From positions 990,001 through 1,022,000 of the forward strand of contig NZ_CP019633.1 in the NCBI RefSeq assembly GCF_001997385.1: a stretch of DNA of 32,000 nt. Direction: 5' to 3'. The position numbers were made by a program, and so were the translations under genes. Of this stretch, positions 1 to 8,737 are shown one piece after another (the first letter of the stretch is position 1; every line of letters starts with the position of its first letter). This DNA comes from Sedimentisphaera cyanobacteriorum (lineage in GTDB: Bacteria; Planctomycetota; Phycisphaerae; Sedimentisphaerales; Sedimentisphaeraceae). The notes beneath the pieces were generated by a model. That model did no database searches and was not told the origin of the DNA. It saw nothing but the letters and a program-made list of their open reading frames with translations.

Positions 1-1
1 G

Positions 2-1468
2 GAGGTGGGCGAGGGAAGCCTTCTGCTCAAGCTTTTGAAGAAATGGCACGGACTAACCGAAAGAATTTCTAAAATCGCCTTCAAGAAGGCAAAAGAAATG
101 CTTGCAAACGGTGAACTGCTTGAGCAGGTAAACTCCATGAGTCCTGTAGAGAGGGAGCTGATTATATATTCAGCTCTTATAAATAAATCCAAAAATTTTG
201 ATTCCTTTATTATCGCCTCAGCTGCGGACGTTTCTTATCAGAGCAAGGTAATCAATTACGCAGCGGCAGCGAAGCTGATAGGCCAAAACGATGAAAAGGC
301 ATTCGACTATGCCACCAAAGCAATTAAGCTGAAAGACAATTTCAAGAAGATGTATCCTGCAATAACGGATTTGAATATCTACACTACCGCTGCTGCTGCC
401 GGATACGAAACGCTTAAATCGGGCACTGAAGCAGAGCAGGAAAGAGTGATTGAAATATTCGATAAGTACAAAGAGCTTGCTGGTGAGGATGCAGATGAAG
501 AAATATCTTTCCTCTATGCGGTTCAGCTCAAAGACAAAAGGCCAGAAGAATCATTGGCCACATTCAAAAAGACGCTCGAATCAGGCGGCAAATACAAAAC
601 TCAGGCACGATTTGAAATCCTCGTTTACAAATTCGAAAACGGAGAAACTGTTCTCGAGGAAATCCGAGAAATCTACGAAATGCTCGAAAGAGATGATGAC
701 CCCTATTTCTATGCTGATGTGATAGATTTGTACTCGCGTTCCCTGGCGGAAACAGGTAAATTAAACGAGGCTGCAGAGCTTCTCTATGACCAGCTCTCTT
801 ACGATATAACCCCCACCAAAGAATGTCTCAACTATGTGCTTCAAAAGTATATGACTGAAGCAGAGACATATTTTGAAAAGGCAGAATCAAGAGATACAGC
901 AGAAATACATATCTCTGAGATAGCAAGGTTTATAAGACGAAAATATGGCGATAATATGCCGGATCAGGTGCAGCTTGCATATCAGGAAGCGATAGCAATC
1001 TCAAGCAGCAGAGGCGATCTGAGTATGGAAGAATACTCCGAGCAGGTTACCAACGGCCTCAGCTACAACCGTGTACTTGCTCGTCAGCTTATGAATAAAA
1101 CTGAATATGTAGAAGCAGCTGCGATTTGGGGAAAAATAGCGAGGAGCCTTGCCTCACAGGGAGAATTTGATCCTTGGCGTTGGTCTCGGGCGAAGTTTTA
1201 CCAGATAAAATGCGGCCTTTCCAGCCCTGAACTCAGCAAGGAAGATAAAATACACTCTTTTGACGTGCTCGAATCAGATCCGAAATGGGATAATGATTTC
1301 TGGAAGAACAAACTTAAAGAACTCAAGCCCGACTATGTTAAAGAGGCTCAAAAGCAGGCAGAGATCGAAAGGCAGAAACAGCGATCCACGGAGCCTCCTG
1401 AAGCAAATCCAGAATCACCAGCTGAAGAAAAGAGCGAGAATGAGCAAACAGGTTCTGAAAATAGATGA
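2..1468 (+). CDS. hypothetical alpha-helical repeat protein (5'-partial), with acidic/Pro/Ser-rich low-complexity C-terminal tail
   Basis: The long ORF is open to the window edge (codon 2-4 is in frame). The GTG at 5 sits directly on GGAG with no spacer, so it is not a credible start. Composition is Leu/Glu/Lys/Ala-rich and helix-like, with no hydrophobic TM segment and no catalytic motif I recognise. The stop at 1466-1468 lies 29 nt inside the next gene. Confidence 0.6.
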   Translation, partial: EVGEGSLLLKLLKKWHGLTERISKIAFKKAKEMLANGELLEQVNSMSPVERELIIYSALINKSKNFDSFIIASAADVSYQSKVINYAAAAKLIGQNDEKAFDYATKAIKLKDNFKKMYPAITDLNIYTTAAAAGYETLKSGTEAEQERVIEIFDKYKELAGEDADEEISFLYAVQLKDKRPEESLATFKKTLESGGKYKTQARFEILVYKFENGETVLEEIREIYEMLERDDDPYFYADVIDLYSRSLAETGKLNEAAELLYDQLSYDITPTKECLNYVLQKYMTEAETYFEKAESRDTAEIHISEIARFIRRKYGDNMPDQVQLAYQEAIAISSSRGDLSMEEYSEQVTNGLSYNRVLARQLMNKTEYVEAAAIWGKIARSLASQGEFDPWRWSRAKFYQIKCGLSSPELSKEDKIHSFDVLESDPKWDNDFWKNKLKELKPDYVKEAQKQAEIERQKQRSTEPPEANPESPAEEKSENEQTGSENR

Positions 1469-2420
1469 CCTCTATGTAAGCTTTTACACCGATGAAGGCG
1501 AGGTAAAGGCTGTTTCAGGCCTTACGCTGGACATAAATGAAGGTGAGACAGTAGCTCTGGTTGGTGAGAGCGGCTGCGGGAAAAGCGTAAGTTCGCTCTC
1601 GGTTTTAGGGCTTCTGCCCAACCCCCCTGCCAAAATCAAGCAGGGCGAGATCCTGTATAAAGGGCAAAATCTTCTCAATCTTGAAGACAAGCAGCTTAGG
1701 ACTCTTCGCGGCAGTGAGATAGCGATGATATTTCAGGAGCCTATGACTAGCCTCAATCCGGTTTATACAATCGGAGATCAGATAATCGAAACAATACTTG
1801 CTCACGAACAAATACCGCTGGAAGAGGCGGAAAAGCGCGCAGCTGAGATGCTCGGGCTCGTAGGAATTCCCGATCCGCTCGCCCGCTTGGATGAGTATCC
1901 CCATCAGCTATCCGGCGGGATGAGGCAGAGGGTAATGATTGCGATGGCCTTGAGCTGCCGCCCTTCTCTGCTCATTGCGGACGAACCGACAACAGCGCTT
2001 GATGTAACTGTGCAGGCTCAGATCCTTGAACTGCTCAAGAGAATTCAAAGCGAAACTAATATGAGCATACTTCTGATAACTCACGACCTCGGCGTGGTTG
2101 CAGAAAACGCCGACAGGGTTGTAGTTATGTATGCTTCGAAGGTGGTTGAGAAGGCGGGCGCGAAGGATATTTTCGATTCGCCCAAACACCCTTACACCAA
2201 AGGGCTGATGCAGTCTTTGCCAAAGCTCGGAGAGAAAAGGGGCAGGCTTGATACAATAAAAGGGGCAGTGCCAGATCCTCTGGAATTCCCTTCAGGGTGC
2301 AAATTTCACCCGAGATGTCCGCTCGGTCATTCAGACCTGCAGTGCATAGAAAATGAGCCCCAGCTTGAACCAGCCGGAGAAGAGAGATTTGTTTCATGCT
2401 GGAAGTGGCAAGATGAGTGA
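1440..2420 (+). CDS. oppD: ABC transporter ATP-binding protein, oligopeptide/dipeptide (OppD/DppD) type
   Basis: ATG at 1440 is in-frame M61 of track ORF 1260-2420; the upstream part is only overlap with the preceding gene. Motifs: Walker [12 protein letters not shown] signature LSGGMRQR, Walker [14 protein letters not shown]-loop ITHDL, and the Opp/Dpp-specific C-terminal extension HPYTKGLM...GCKFHPRCP. Confidence 0.9.
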   Translation: MSKQVLKIDDLYVSFYTDEGEVKAVSGLTLDINEGETVALVGESGCGKSVSSLSVLGLLPNPPAKIKQGEILYKGQNLLNLEDKQLRTLRGSEIAMIFQEPMTSLNPVYTIGDQIIETILAHEQIPLEEAEKRAAEMLGLVGIPDPLARLDEYPHQLSGGMRQRVMIAMALSCRPSLLIADEPTTALDVTVQAQILELLKRIQSETNMSILLITHDLGVVAENADRVVVMYASKVVEKAGAKDIFDSPKHPYTKGLMQSLPKLGEKRGRLDTIKGAVPDPLEFPSGCKFHPRCPLGHSDLQCIENEPQLEPAGEERFVSCWKWQDE

Positions 2421-3387
2421 AACATTGATAAAAGTCGAAAACCTGAAAACTCATTTCCCTGTTCGAAAGGGGCTTTTTTCAAAAATAACCGGCTATGTAA
2501 AGGCTGTTGACGGGGTGAGCTTTGAGATCCCGCAGGGCAAAACACTCGGACTGGTTGGCGAGAGCGGCTGCGGAAAAACCACCATAGGACGCACTATGCT
2601 CCGCCTTGTACCAAGCACTTCGGGGGAAGTTTTTTACAAAGATAAGAACGTTCTTGAGGCCGGCAGCAAAGAGCTAACCAAACTTCGAAGAGATATGCAG
2701 ATCATCTTTCAGGACCCTTACGGGTCTCTCAATCCCAGAATGACTGTTGGGAAGATTGTGGGCGAGGCGCTCAGCATTCACAAAATTGCCAAGGGAGAGA
2801 AGCGTCAGGAAATAGTAGCCGAACTGCTCTCACGCACGGGACTCTCGCCGGATTATATCAACAGGTATCCGCATGAATTTTCAGGCGGACAAAGGCAGAG
2901 GATCGGCATTGCAAGAGCCCTTGCACTGAATCCAAACTTCATCGTATGCGATGAGGCGGTCAGCGCGCTGGATGTTTCGCTTCAGTCTCAGATAATCAAC
3001 CTGCTCATGGACCTGCAGGATGAATTCGGTCTTACTTATCTGTTTATCGCACACGATTTGGCTGTGGTTGAGCATATAAGCGATATAGTTGCTGTTATGT
3101 ATTTAGGGCGGATCGTTGAAATATCAAGCGCTGATGAATTGTACAAAAATCCCATACATCCCTACACAAAGGCTCTGATGAGCGCAATACCCCGTCCTGA
3201 GCCCTCTTCAGGATTGAAAAGAATAGTGCTTGAAGGCGAGGTGCCAAGCCCAATCAATCCTCCAAGCGGATGCCCTTTTCATCCGAGATGCCGATATGCT
3301 GAGCAGCGATGCGCTGTCGAGGTTCAGTCGCTTAAAAATTCGAGGCTGTCGAACGGGCATAAAGTTGCCTGCTGGAAATTTGCATAA
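2413..3387 (+). CDS. oppF: ABC transporter ATP-binding protein, oligopeptide/dipeptide (OppF/DppF) type
   Basis: ATG at 2413 overlaps the oppD stop (ATGAGTGA, 8-nt overlap). Motifs: Walker A GESGCGKTT, signature FSGGQRQR, Walker B FIVCDEAVSALD, H-loop IAHDL, C-terminal HPYTKALM...GCPFHPRCRYAEQRC. Confidence 0.9.
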   Translation: MSETLIKVENLKTHFPVRKGLFSKITGYVKAVDGVSFEIPQGKTLGLVGESGCGKTTIGRTMLRLVPSTSGEVFYKDKNVLEAGSKELTKLRRDMQIIFQDPYGSLNPRMTVGKIVGEALSIHKIAKGEKRQEIVAELLSRTGLSPDYINRYPHEFSGGQRQRIGIARALALNPNFIVCDEAVSALDVSLQSQIINLLMDLQDEFGLTYLFIAHDLAVVEHISDIVAVMYLGRIVEISSADELYKNPIHPYTKALMSAIPRPEPSSGLKRIVLEGEVPSPINPPSGCPFHPRCRYAEQRCAVEVQSLKNSRLSNGHKVACWKFA

Positions 3388-3469
3388 GTCTTATCTGTAT
3401 CACCTAATATCTTTGATTGCTGCGAGCCGCTTTCCAAAATATTTTTCAAAATTTAAAATGATTTTTTAA

Positions 3470-3478
3470 GAAAAAATT
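3470..3478. repeat. target-site duplication, left copy (GAAAAAATT)
   Basis: Identical 9-mer immediately outside both IS4 ends. A 10th base (C) also matches but can equally be read as the first IR base. Confidence 0.8.
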
Positions 3479-3493
3479 CACAGCCATCCCATA
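3479..3493. repeat. IS4 terminal inverted repeat, left
   Basis: CACAGCCATCCCATA, the exact reverse complement of 4974-4988. Confidence 0.85.
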
Positions 3494-3658
3494 AGTCCAT
3501 AAATTTATCGTTGAGGGCTTGTTTATTGTATTAAAACGCCCTTTTCTTGTAGGATTTGAATTACCCCAGTTTGCATTTTTTTTGCTTTTGTTCAATTGGC
3601 AGTTTTTTGCTCAATACTGCCCGCTCTCTTTTCACCTCTTTATTTTCGTAAAATCTTG

Positions 3659-4882
3659 CTACATATTAAAACCCGGCAAATAAGCCTGCTGAGGGCTGCC
3701 AACCATACGCGGTGAACCACGTGCTGTCCCACAGGCAGCCATAACGCTAAAAACATCCAGCCGGCTGAATAATACACCCCTCAGTAAAGTAAACAACCGG
3801 CTGAATGCTCCTTTCCACTGACCGAGGAAACCTATATACCTTATTAAAATATAAGCCAGCATAGCCGTCCATACTTGCCATAGAATTGCTTTTTGGCTAT
3901 GCCCTAGGAAATCGCTTAGCTGCAAAGTCTGTTTTATCTGCTTGAAAAACATCTCTATACCCCAGCGGCACTTATATAGGTCGCAAATACTGCTCGGCGC
4001 CCACTGCATATTGTTCGTGATAAATTTCATAAGCTTTTTCTCGCCGTTAATTTCCACATAAGCCTTAACTAAACGGAGCTTCTTCGGGTATGCCTCGCGG
4101 CTTTTCGGCATTTCAAGTTCAATTAAAGCATCGTATTGGATATTACCTTTTGGTTCTGTATTCTGTTTAACAAAACGATATTTCATATTATCTTTGGCTC
4201 TGGTAACCCAGAATAATTCTCGCCTGTCAAGATCTGCTAGATGCTTAAAATCCACGTAAGCCTTGTCAAAAACCGCTATTTCGCCGCTTTTAAGGTCCTG
4301 ACAGAGCTGATAAGCTTCTGTCGAATCATGGGTTGAGGCTTCTTTTACAATAGCAAATTGAGGCAGGAACGTCTGGAGATTCAGCTGCATATGGCACTTT
4401 GCAGCCGCTTTTCGTCTGCGATGTTTAGCCCAGTCAATACAGTTGGCTACAAGCTGGATCGTGGTTGAGTCAACCGCATATATTGCTCTCTTAAAACGCC
4501 TCGGAAGGCCGGAATACTTATGGCCTCTCCCAAAATCAAGATGTTTGTTCTGGATATGGGACAGCACCTCCCAGAAGAGAGTCTCTGCCATAAGAGGATC
4601 TCGAACCCTGTTTGCATGAGAAAGCCCATTCCTGCTTGGAGGGGTTGCACGGCGGATAGGAGTCAAAGCTCCAGAATGATTACGCAATGTGTCGGAAACG
4701 TCGTTGAGCGAGAGACTGTGAGCAATCTGGACATGAAGCATAGATACAATGTGCGACCAGCAAGAAAATGTTCGTGATTGCTTGTCAATACCGAAAGACC
4801 GAGACAATTTTGAAACAAGATGTGCAGGAATATGTTGGCATATTTGCTTAAGAATGCTATATTGATGTTTGGCGGGTGTCAT
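3659..4882 (-). CDS. IS4-family DDE transposase
   Basis: 407 aa; ATG at 4882 is preceded by AGGAG. Carries the IS4 signature Y-x2-R-x3-E-x6-K (YKCRWGIEMFFKQIK), with candidate catalytic Asp in AVDSTTI and VFDKAYVD. The N-terminal region resembles the DUF4372-type domain seen in this IS4 subgroup. Confidence 0.92.
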   Translation of the reverse strand: MTPAKHQYSILKQICQHIPAHLVSKLSRSFGIDKQSRTFSCWSHIVSMLHVQIAHSLSLNDVSDTLRNHSGALTPIRRATPPSRNGLSHANRVRDPLMAETLFWEVLSHIQNKHLDFGRGHKYSGLPRRFKRAIYAVDSTTIQLVANCIDWAKHRRRKAAAKCHMQLNLQTFLPQFAIVKEASTHDSTEAYQLCQDLKSGEIAVFDKAYVDFKHLADLDRRELFWVTRAKDNMKYRFVKQNTEPKGNIQYDALIELEMPKSREAYPKKLRLVKAYVEINGEKKLMKFITNNMQWAPSSICDLYKCRWGIEMFFKQIKQTLQLSDFLGHSQKAILWQVWTAMLAYILIRYIGFLGQWKGAFSRLFTLLRGVLFSRLDVFSVMAACGTARGSPRMVGSPQQAYLPGFNM

Positions 4883-4973
4883 GGGTTACTCCTAATTTGT
4901 TTAATTAGACTGAAAGAATTAGTGTAACTCATACCCCGCTGATTTTAAAGAAACATCTTGTATTTTGCTCTTC

Positions 4974-4988
4974 TATGGGATGGCTGTG
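4974..4988. repeat. IS4 terminal inverted repeat, right
   Basis: TATGGGATGGCTGTG, the reverse complement of 3479-3493. Confidence 0.85.
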
Positions 4989-4997
4989 GAAAAAATT
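4989..4997. repeat. target-site duplication, right copy (GAAAAAATT)
   Basis: Identical to 3470-3478 and directly abuts the right IR. Confidence 0.8.
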
Positions 4998-5052
4998 CTA
5001 CCTGCATAACATACTGTTATAGAAGCATTAATTTATAACTGAGAGGCTTATT

Positions 5053-6477
5053 ATGCATAGAAGAGAATTTCTCAAATCAACAGCTGCAGCTGTTATCAGC
5101 GGCGCAGCTGCGAAAGGGCTTTTGGCGAAAACGGCAAAAAAGAAACCTAATTTGCTGTTTATCTTTCCAGATCAATTTAGAGTGCACGCACTCGGCTTTA
5201 CCGGCGAGGACCCTACGATTACGCCCAACCTGAACAGATTCTCAAGAGAATCGCTGTTCCTTTATAATGCTGTTAGCAACAGGCCTTTATGCAGCCCTTA
5301 CCGCGGAATGCTGATGACCGGCAAATGGCCATACACTACAGGCATAACCACAAACTGCAATTCCTCACAGCCTGATATCTATCTGCGAAATGATGATATT
5401 ACTTTCACTGATGCTCTCTCTAATGCGGGCTATCATATCGGCTATCTGGGCAAATGGCATCTGGACACACCAAGAGGAGTTCCTGTTGCTGAGCACTGGA
5501 AAAAAGCTCAGTGGGACTGCTACGTACCGCCGAAACGAAGGCACAGCATAGACTACTGGCACGCCTACAACTGCAAAGACCGGCATATGAACCCGCACTA
5601 CTGGATTAAAGATGCAGGTAAAGATGAGAAGACATTCTTCGATCAGTATTCTCCCATACATGAGGCAGAAGTTGCAGAAACATACATAAAAAACGAAGGC
5701 GGAAAGATGAGGGATTCGGACAAACCGTTTGCCTTGTTCGCTGCTATGAATCCGCCTCATCCGCCTTATCACCTCGTGCCTGATAAATACAAACAGCTTT
5801 TCAAAGACAAATCTTTATATAAGCTTATCAACAGACCAAACGCAGACAATCAGCTTGCAGGGAGAATTGCAAAAGATTACTTCGCTCAGGTTGCAGGTGT
5901 GGATGATGCTTTCGGTAAGATAATGGATGCGCTGGAAAAATCCGGCGAGAAAGATAATACAATCGTAGTTTTCACTGCCGACCACGGGGAGATGATGGGC
6001 AGCCACAACCGCAAGGGCAAAGGCGTTATATACGAGGAGTCCTTCAGGGTTCCTCTGGTCGTGCGCTGGCCTGAAAAAATAAAGCCCGGCAGAGACGGAC
6101 TGCATATAAATGTGCCCGATATGATGCCTACCCTCCTCGGACTAATGGGATTAAGCAAATACACCCCAAAACAGGCTGAGGGAAAAGACTATTCGAAAGT
6201 TTTTTCGGGAGAAACGATTGACCGCCCTAATACTTCATTTTTCATCTCCCCCGGAAACGAGGAAATCGGCGCACGCGGAGTTCGCAGCGACAGATACACC
6301 TACGAAGTAAAGCTGAGAAACGGCAAGAAGCAGCTCAGGCTTTACGACAGGAAGACCGACCCGTATCAAATGCGAAACATAGCATACCAAAAGAAAGATG
6401 TGGCAAGCATTATGCAAAAAGAGCTGCAAAAATGGCTTGTAAACACAAATGACCCATACGCAAAATATTATTCCTAA
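5053..6477 (+). CDS. Cys-type (formylglycine-dependent) sulfatase, Tat-exported
   Basis: 474 aa with RBS GAGAGG. Twin-arginine signal MHRREFLKSTAAAV. Active-site C-x-P-x-R motif LCSPYRGMLMTG. GKWHLD and TADHGEMMG motifs fit the alkaline-phosphatase-like sulfatase fold. Confidence 0.92.
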   Translation: MHRREFLKSTAAAVISGAAAKGLLAKTAKKKPNLLFIFPDQFRVHALGFTGEDPTITPNLNRFSRESLFLYNAVSNRPLCSPYRGMLMTGKWPYTTGITTNCNSSQPDIYLRNDDITFTDALSNAGYHIGYLGKWHLDTPRGVPVAEHWKKAQWDCYVPPKRRHSIDYWHAYNCKDRHMNPHYWIKDAGKDEKTFFDQYSPIHEAEVAETYIKNEGGKMRDSDKPFALFAAMNPPHPPYHLVPDKYKQLFKDKSLYKLINRPNADNQLAGRIAKDYFAQVAGVDDAFGKIMDALEKSGEKDNTIVVFTADHGEMMGSHNRKGKGVIYEESFRVPLVVRWPEKIKPGRDGLHINVPDMMPTLLGLMGLSKYTPKQAEGKDYSKVFSGETIDRPNTSFFISPGNEEIGARGVRSDRYTYEVKLRNGKKQLRLYDRKTDPYQMRNIAYQKKDVASIMQKELQKWLVNTNDPYAKYYS

Positions 6478-6515
6478 AAAAGATTAAGCCGCTCAAACAG
6501 GAGCAGCTGTTTTTT

Positions 6516-8009
6516 TTACGCAGTAAAAACCTTTACAGCAGAGGGAAGGACTTCTATCTCAAGCGGGAGTTTCGGGCCGGGGTCTCCATCAATCTGCGAT
6601 ACAACGCTCCCGCCAAGCGAGGAGATTGATATACTCCGGCACTGCCTGTAGATATTCTCGCTGCAGTAGCTGTTCATCTGGAAGAGGCTCATTACGATAT
6701 ATCTGAGCAGGTCGTTTTTGTTGTCGCACGGCATAATGCATAAATCAAGCAGGCCGTCGTTGTAATCGGCTTCTCTGAGTATCCGCATACCGGTGGCGTA
6801 GCGGGATATATTTCCAATAAAGAGAATCGCCTTCCCTGCAAAAACTTCCTCTCCGTCTGCCGAGACTCTTATATTAGGAATCTCGTGGCTCCAGAATGCC
6901 TTCCATGCAGGCCAGAGATAATCGATATGAGTTATATTGCCCTTCCGTGTTTTCGAAAGCATCTCTACTGTCTCAGCATCGTAGCCGATTCCGAGAACTG
7001 AGGTGAAGGTAATCCCGTTTACTTTGGCAACATCAAGATTGCGGAGCCTTCCTTCATTGAGTATCTTTTTGTAATGCTCAAGGTTTCTCAGATACCCGAG
7101 CTCTTTGGAGAGCAGGTTTTCCGTGCCCCCGGGGATAAGCATCAAGGGCTTATCCTTTCCGCAGACCGCATCTATAGAGCATCTTACAGTGCCATCGCCT
7201 CCGCATACAACTATAAGAGAGCAGTTCTCCTCACCGGCAAGCTCCTCGAGAGATAACTTAATTTTCTTAAACGATTTGGAATCATAGAATTGAGTGTCAA
7301 GCCCACGCCTAGTGAAACAGTCATAAACCTGCTCAGCAAGCTTTACAGATTCGCCCGAGCCTGAACTGCGGTTGACAACAAAGGCGATTTTTCCGGAAAG
7401 CGGGGCAATCTCCTGCGTTTCTTTCCCGCTGATTATTTCGGAAATGGTATCAAAGAAAAAGCTCCTCTTATCGATACCCTTTTCTTCGCATGCCTTCACT
7501 ACTGCCTCTGCATAAGAGCATCGCTCGGGAGGAAGAGATAGGCCGAGCTCCCTGCATACTGAATTTATGCTCTGTTCATTTTGTCCCTCAATTTCAACAA
7601 AATCGCCTAAATGCGGGAGCGTGTCGATACATATCAGGCAGTTTTGAAAATGCCAGTGGAAGCGTTTTTTATCGAATGCAAGTTTTGTTGTATATCCAAG
7701 CCCATTGAGAATGCTCAACATTTCCTGAAAGTTATCTATTCTGGTCTCGTTTTCGGTTCTTGTTTTAATTTGTGAATCTTGGCGTTTACCCTTTAAGCAA
7801 AGCCAGATGACGGTTTTGCCGGAATTCAGATCTGTTTCTTCTCTCAGCCGAAGCGATTCTCCACGGGAGAATAGTGAGCCGGGATGGTCATCGAAATAAT
7901 AATCCCTTTGAAGCACTGAACTTCCAAGCGCAGCACCTTTTCTGCTCAGTTTATCGAGGAATATCGAGAGTGAATCGAGCTTTGCTTTGTATTCAATTTC
8001 CGTGCTCAT
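6516..8009 (-). CDS. fusion protein: N-terminal CYTH (CyaB/ThTPase-like triphosphate tunnel) domain + C-terminal diacylglycerol-kinase-fold (DAGK_cat/YegS-like) kinase domain
   Basis: Single 497-aa ORF. Residues 1-~180 carry the CYTH signature: EIEYK (ExExK), RDYYFD, LRLRE, CLKGK, RTENETR, KKRF, GDFVEIEG. Residues ~205-497 carry VVCGGDGT, LIPGGTENLL, and IDGDP near the C-terminus, as in YegS/BmrU/DgkB-type kinases. The ATG overlaps the upstream HAD stop (ATGA). Confidence 0.85.
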   Translation of the reverse strand: MSTEIEYKAKLDSLSIFLDKLSRKGAALGSSVLQRDYYFDDHPGSLFSRGESLRLREETDLNSGKTVIWLCLKGKRQDSQIKTRTENETRIDNFQEMLSILNGLGYTTKLAFDKKRFHWHFQNCLICIDTLPHLGDFVEIEGQNEQSINSVCRELGLSLPPERCSYAEAVVKACEEKGIDKRSFFFDTISEIISGKETQEIAPLSGKIAFVVNRSSGSGESVKLAEQVYDCFTRRGLDTQFYDSKSFKKIKLSLEELAGEENCSLIVVCGGDGTVRCSIDAVCGKDKPLMLIPGGTENLLSKELGYLRNLEHYKKILNEGRLRNLDVAKVNGITFTSVLGIGYDAETVEMLSKTRKGNITHIDYLWPAWKAFWSHEIPNIRVSADGEEVFAGKAILFIGNISRYATGMRILREADYNDGLLDLCIMPCDNKNDLLRYIVMSLFQMNSYCSENIYRQCRSISISSLGGSVVSQIDGDPGPKLPLEIEVLPSAVKVFTA

Positions 8010-8737
8010 AGCAGAAGTCCTCCAATATCTTCAAGAGAATCGATTACTTTTCCAGGCAGATACTCTTCGGGCAGAGATTCTTTGCAGTTAATATTCTTCG
8101 GAGCTGTTATCATTATCGTATGCCATCCGATATGGTTCGGGGCTTTGAAATCTTTTTCCGGATTATCTGCGATGTACACGCATTCCTCCGGCGTAAAACC
8201 GCCCTTCTCTGCAATCATATAAAATGCCTTCGGCGCAGGCTTCCAGAATTTTCTTCCCAGTTTCTCAGTGCAGATTATATAATCAAAAAAGCCCTTGATC
8301 CCCAGCGACTCAATCTTTAATTCCTGAGCGGGAAGGAAGCCGTCTGTAATAAGATCAAGAGTATATTTGTTTTTGAGCTTACTGAGCAGATTCGCTGCGG
8401 CCTGAGGCAGAGATATCTCCGGACTGTGAGCCCTGTATTTTTCAACCATTTGGCCTATAAGCTCTTTGGAATAGTCCGTTCCGAGATTTTCAAGAGCCCT
8501 GTTAAAAACTCTGCTGTCGCTGGCTTGATTAAAGCTTTCGATAAGCGTTTCAGTGAGAGCGGCCTGCGAGACCCCAATTAACGGGGCAAATTGCTGTCCG
8601 AGTGCTTTAAAGCCGCTGAGGCAGTATTCCCTTTCTGGATAGAGGGTGTCGTCCAGGTCAAAAACCACGCATTTGATTCTATGTTTGTCAGTCAAATTTA
8701 AAGTCCCTAACAACAAACTGAGGCCTTTTTTCGCCAT
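8006..8737 (-). CDS. HAD-superfamily hydrolase (subfamily IA-like phosphatase)
   Basis: HAD motif I VVFDLDDTLY, motif II LDLITDG, motif III Lys (FWKPAPK), motif IV YIADNPEKD. The start is ambiguous: ATG at 8746 or 8737 (both overlap the recJ 3' end), or TTG at 8695 (TTGACTGA, 8-nt overlap with the recJ stop, AGGGA 9 nt upstream). The track start at 8848 is almost certainly too long. Confidence 0.8.
   Translation of the reverse strand: MAKKGLSLLLGTLNLTDKHRIKCVVFDLDDTLYPEREYCLSGFKALGQQFAPLIGVSQAALTETLIESFNQASDSRVFNRALENLGTDYSKELIGQMVEKYRAHSPEISLPQAAANLLSKLKNKYTLDLITDGFLPAQELKIESLGIKGFFDYIICTEKLGRKFWKPAPKAFYMIAEKGGFTPEECVYIADNPEKDFKAPNHIGWHTIMITAPKNINCKESLPEEYLPGKVIDSLEDIGGLLL

Larger units (their letters stand above)
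3479..4988 (-). mobile_element. complete IS4-family insertion sequence (1510 bp)
   Basis: Bounded by perfect 15-bp terminal inverted repeats CACAGCCATCCCATA (3479-3493 and the complement of 4974-4988). Flanked by a 9-bp direct duplication GAAAAAATT. Contains one transposase ORF. Confidence 0.85.

Noticed and set aside
450-722. 90-aa ORF in an alternative + frame
   Set aside because: It lies entirely inside the longer 2-1468 ORF, has Lys/Ser-rich low-complexity composition and no RBS. It looks like an overlap artefact.
1260-1439. N-terminal 60-codon extension of the oppD ORF in the track
   Set aside because: The extension has no ABC features and overlaps the preceding gene. The conserved ATPase N-terminus ([15 protein letters not shown]) begins at the ATG at 1440.
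5365-5772. 135-aa antisense ORF inside the sulfatase gene
   Set aside because: It lies opposite a gene with strong family motifs, has no RBS and unremarkable composition. This is a typical shadow ORF.
6495-6517. Small hairpin AAACAG-GAGCAG-CTGTTT followed by T8 after the sulfatase stop
   Set aside because: The stem is only 6 bp with two G:C pairs, and it overlaps the stop codon of the convergent CYTH-kinase gene. It is too weak to call as a terminator, although the T-run is suggestive.
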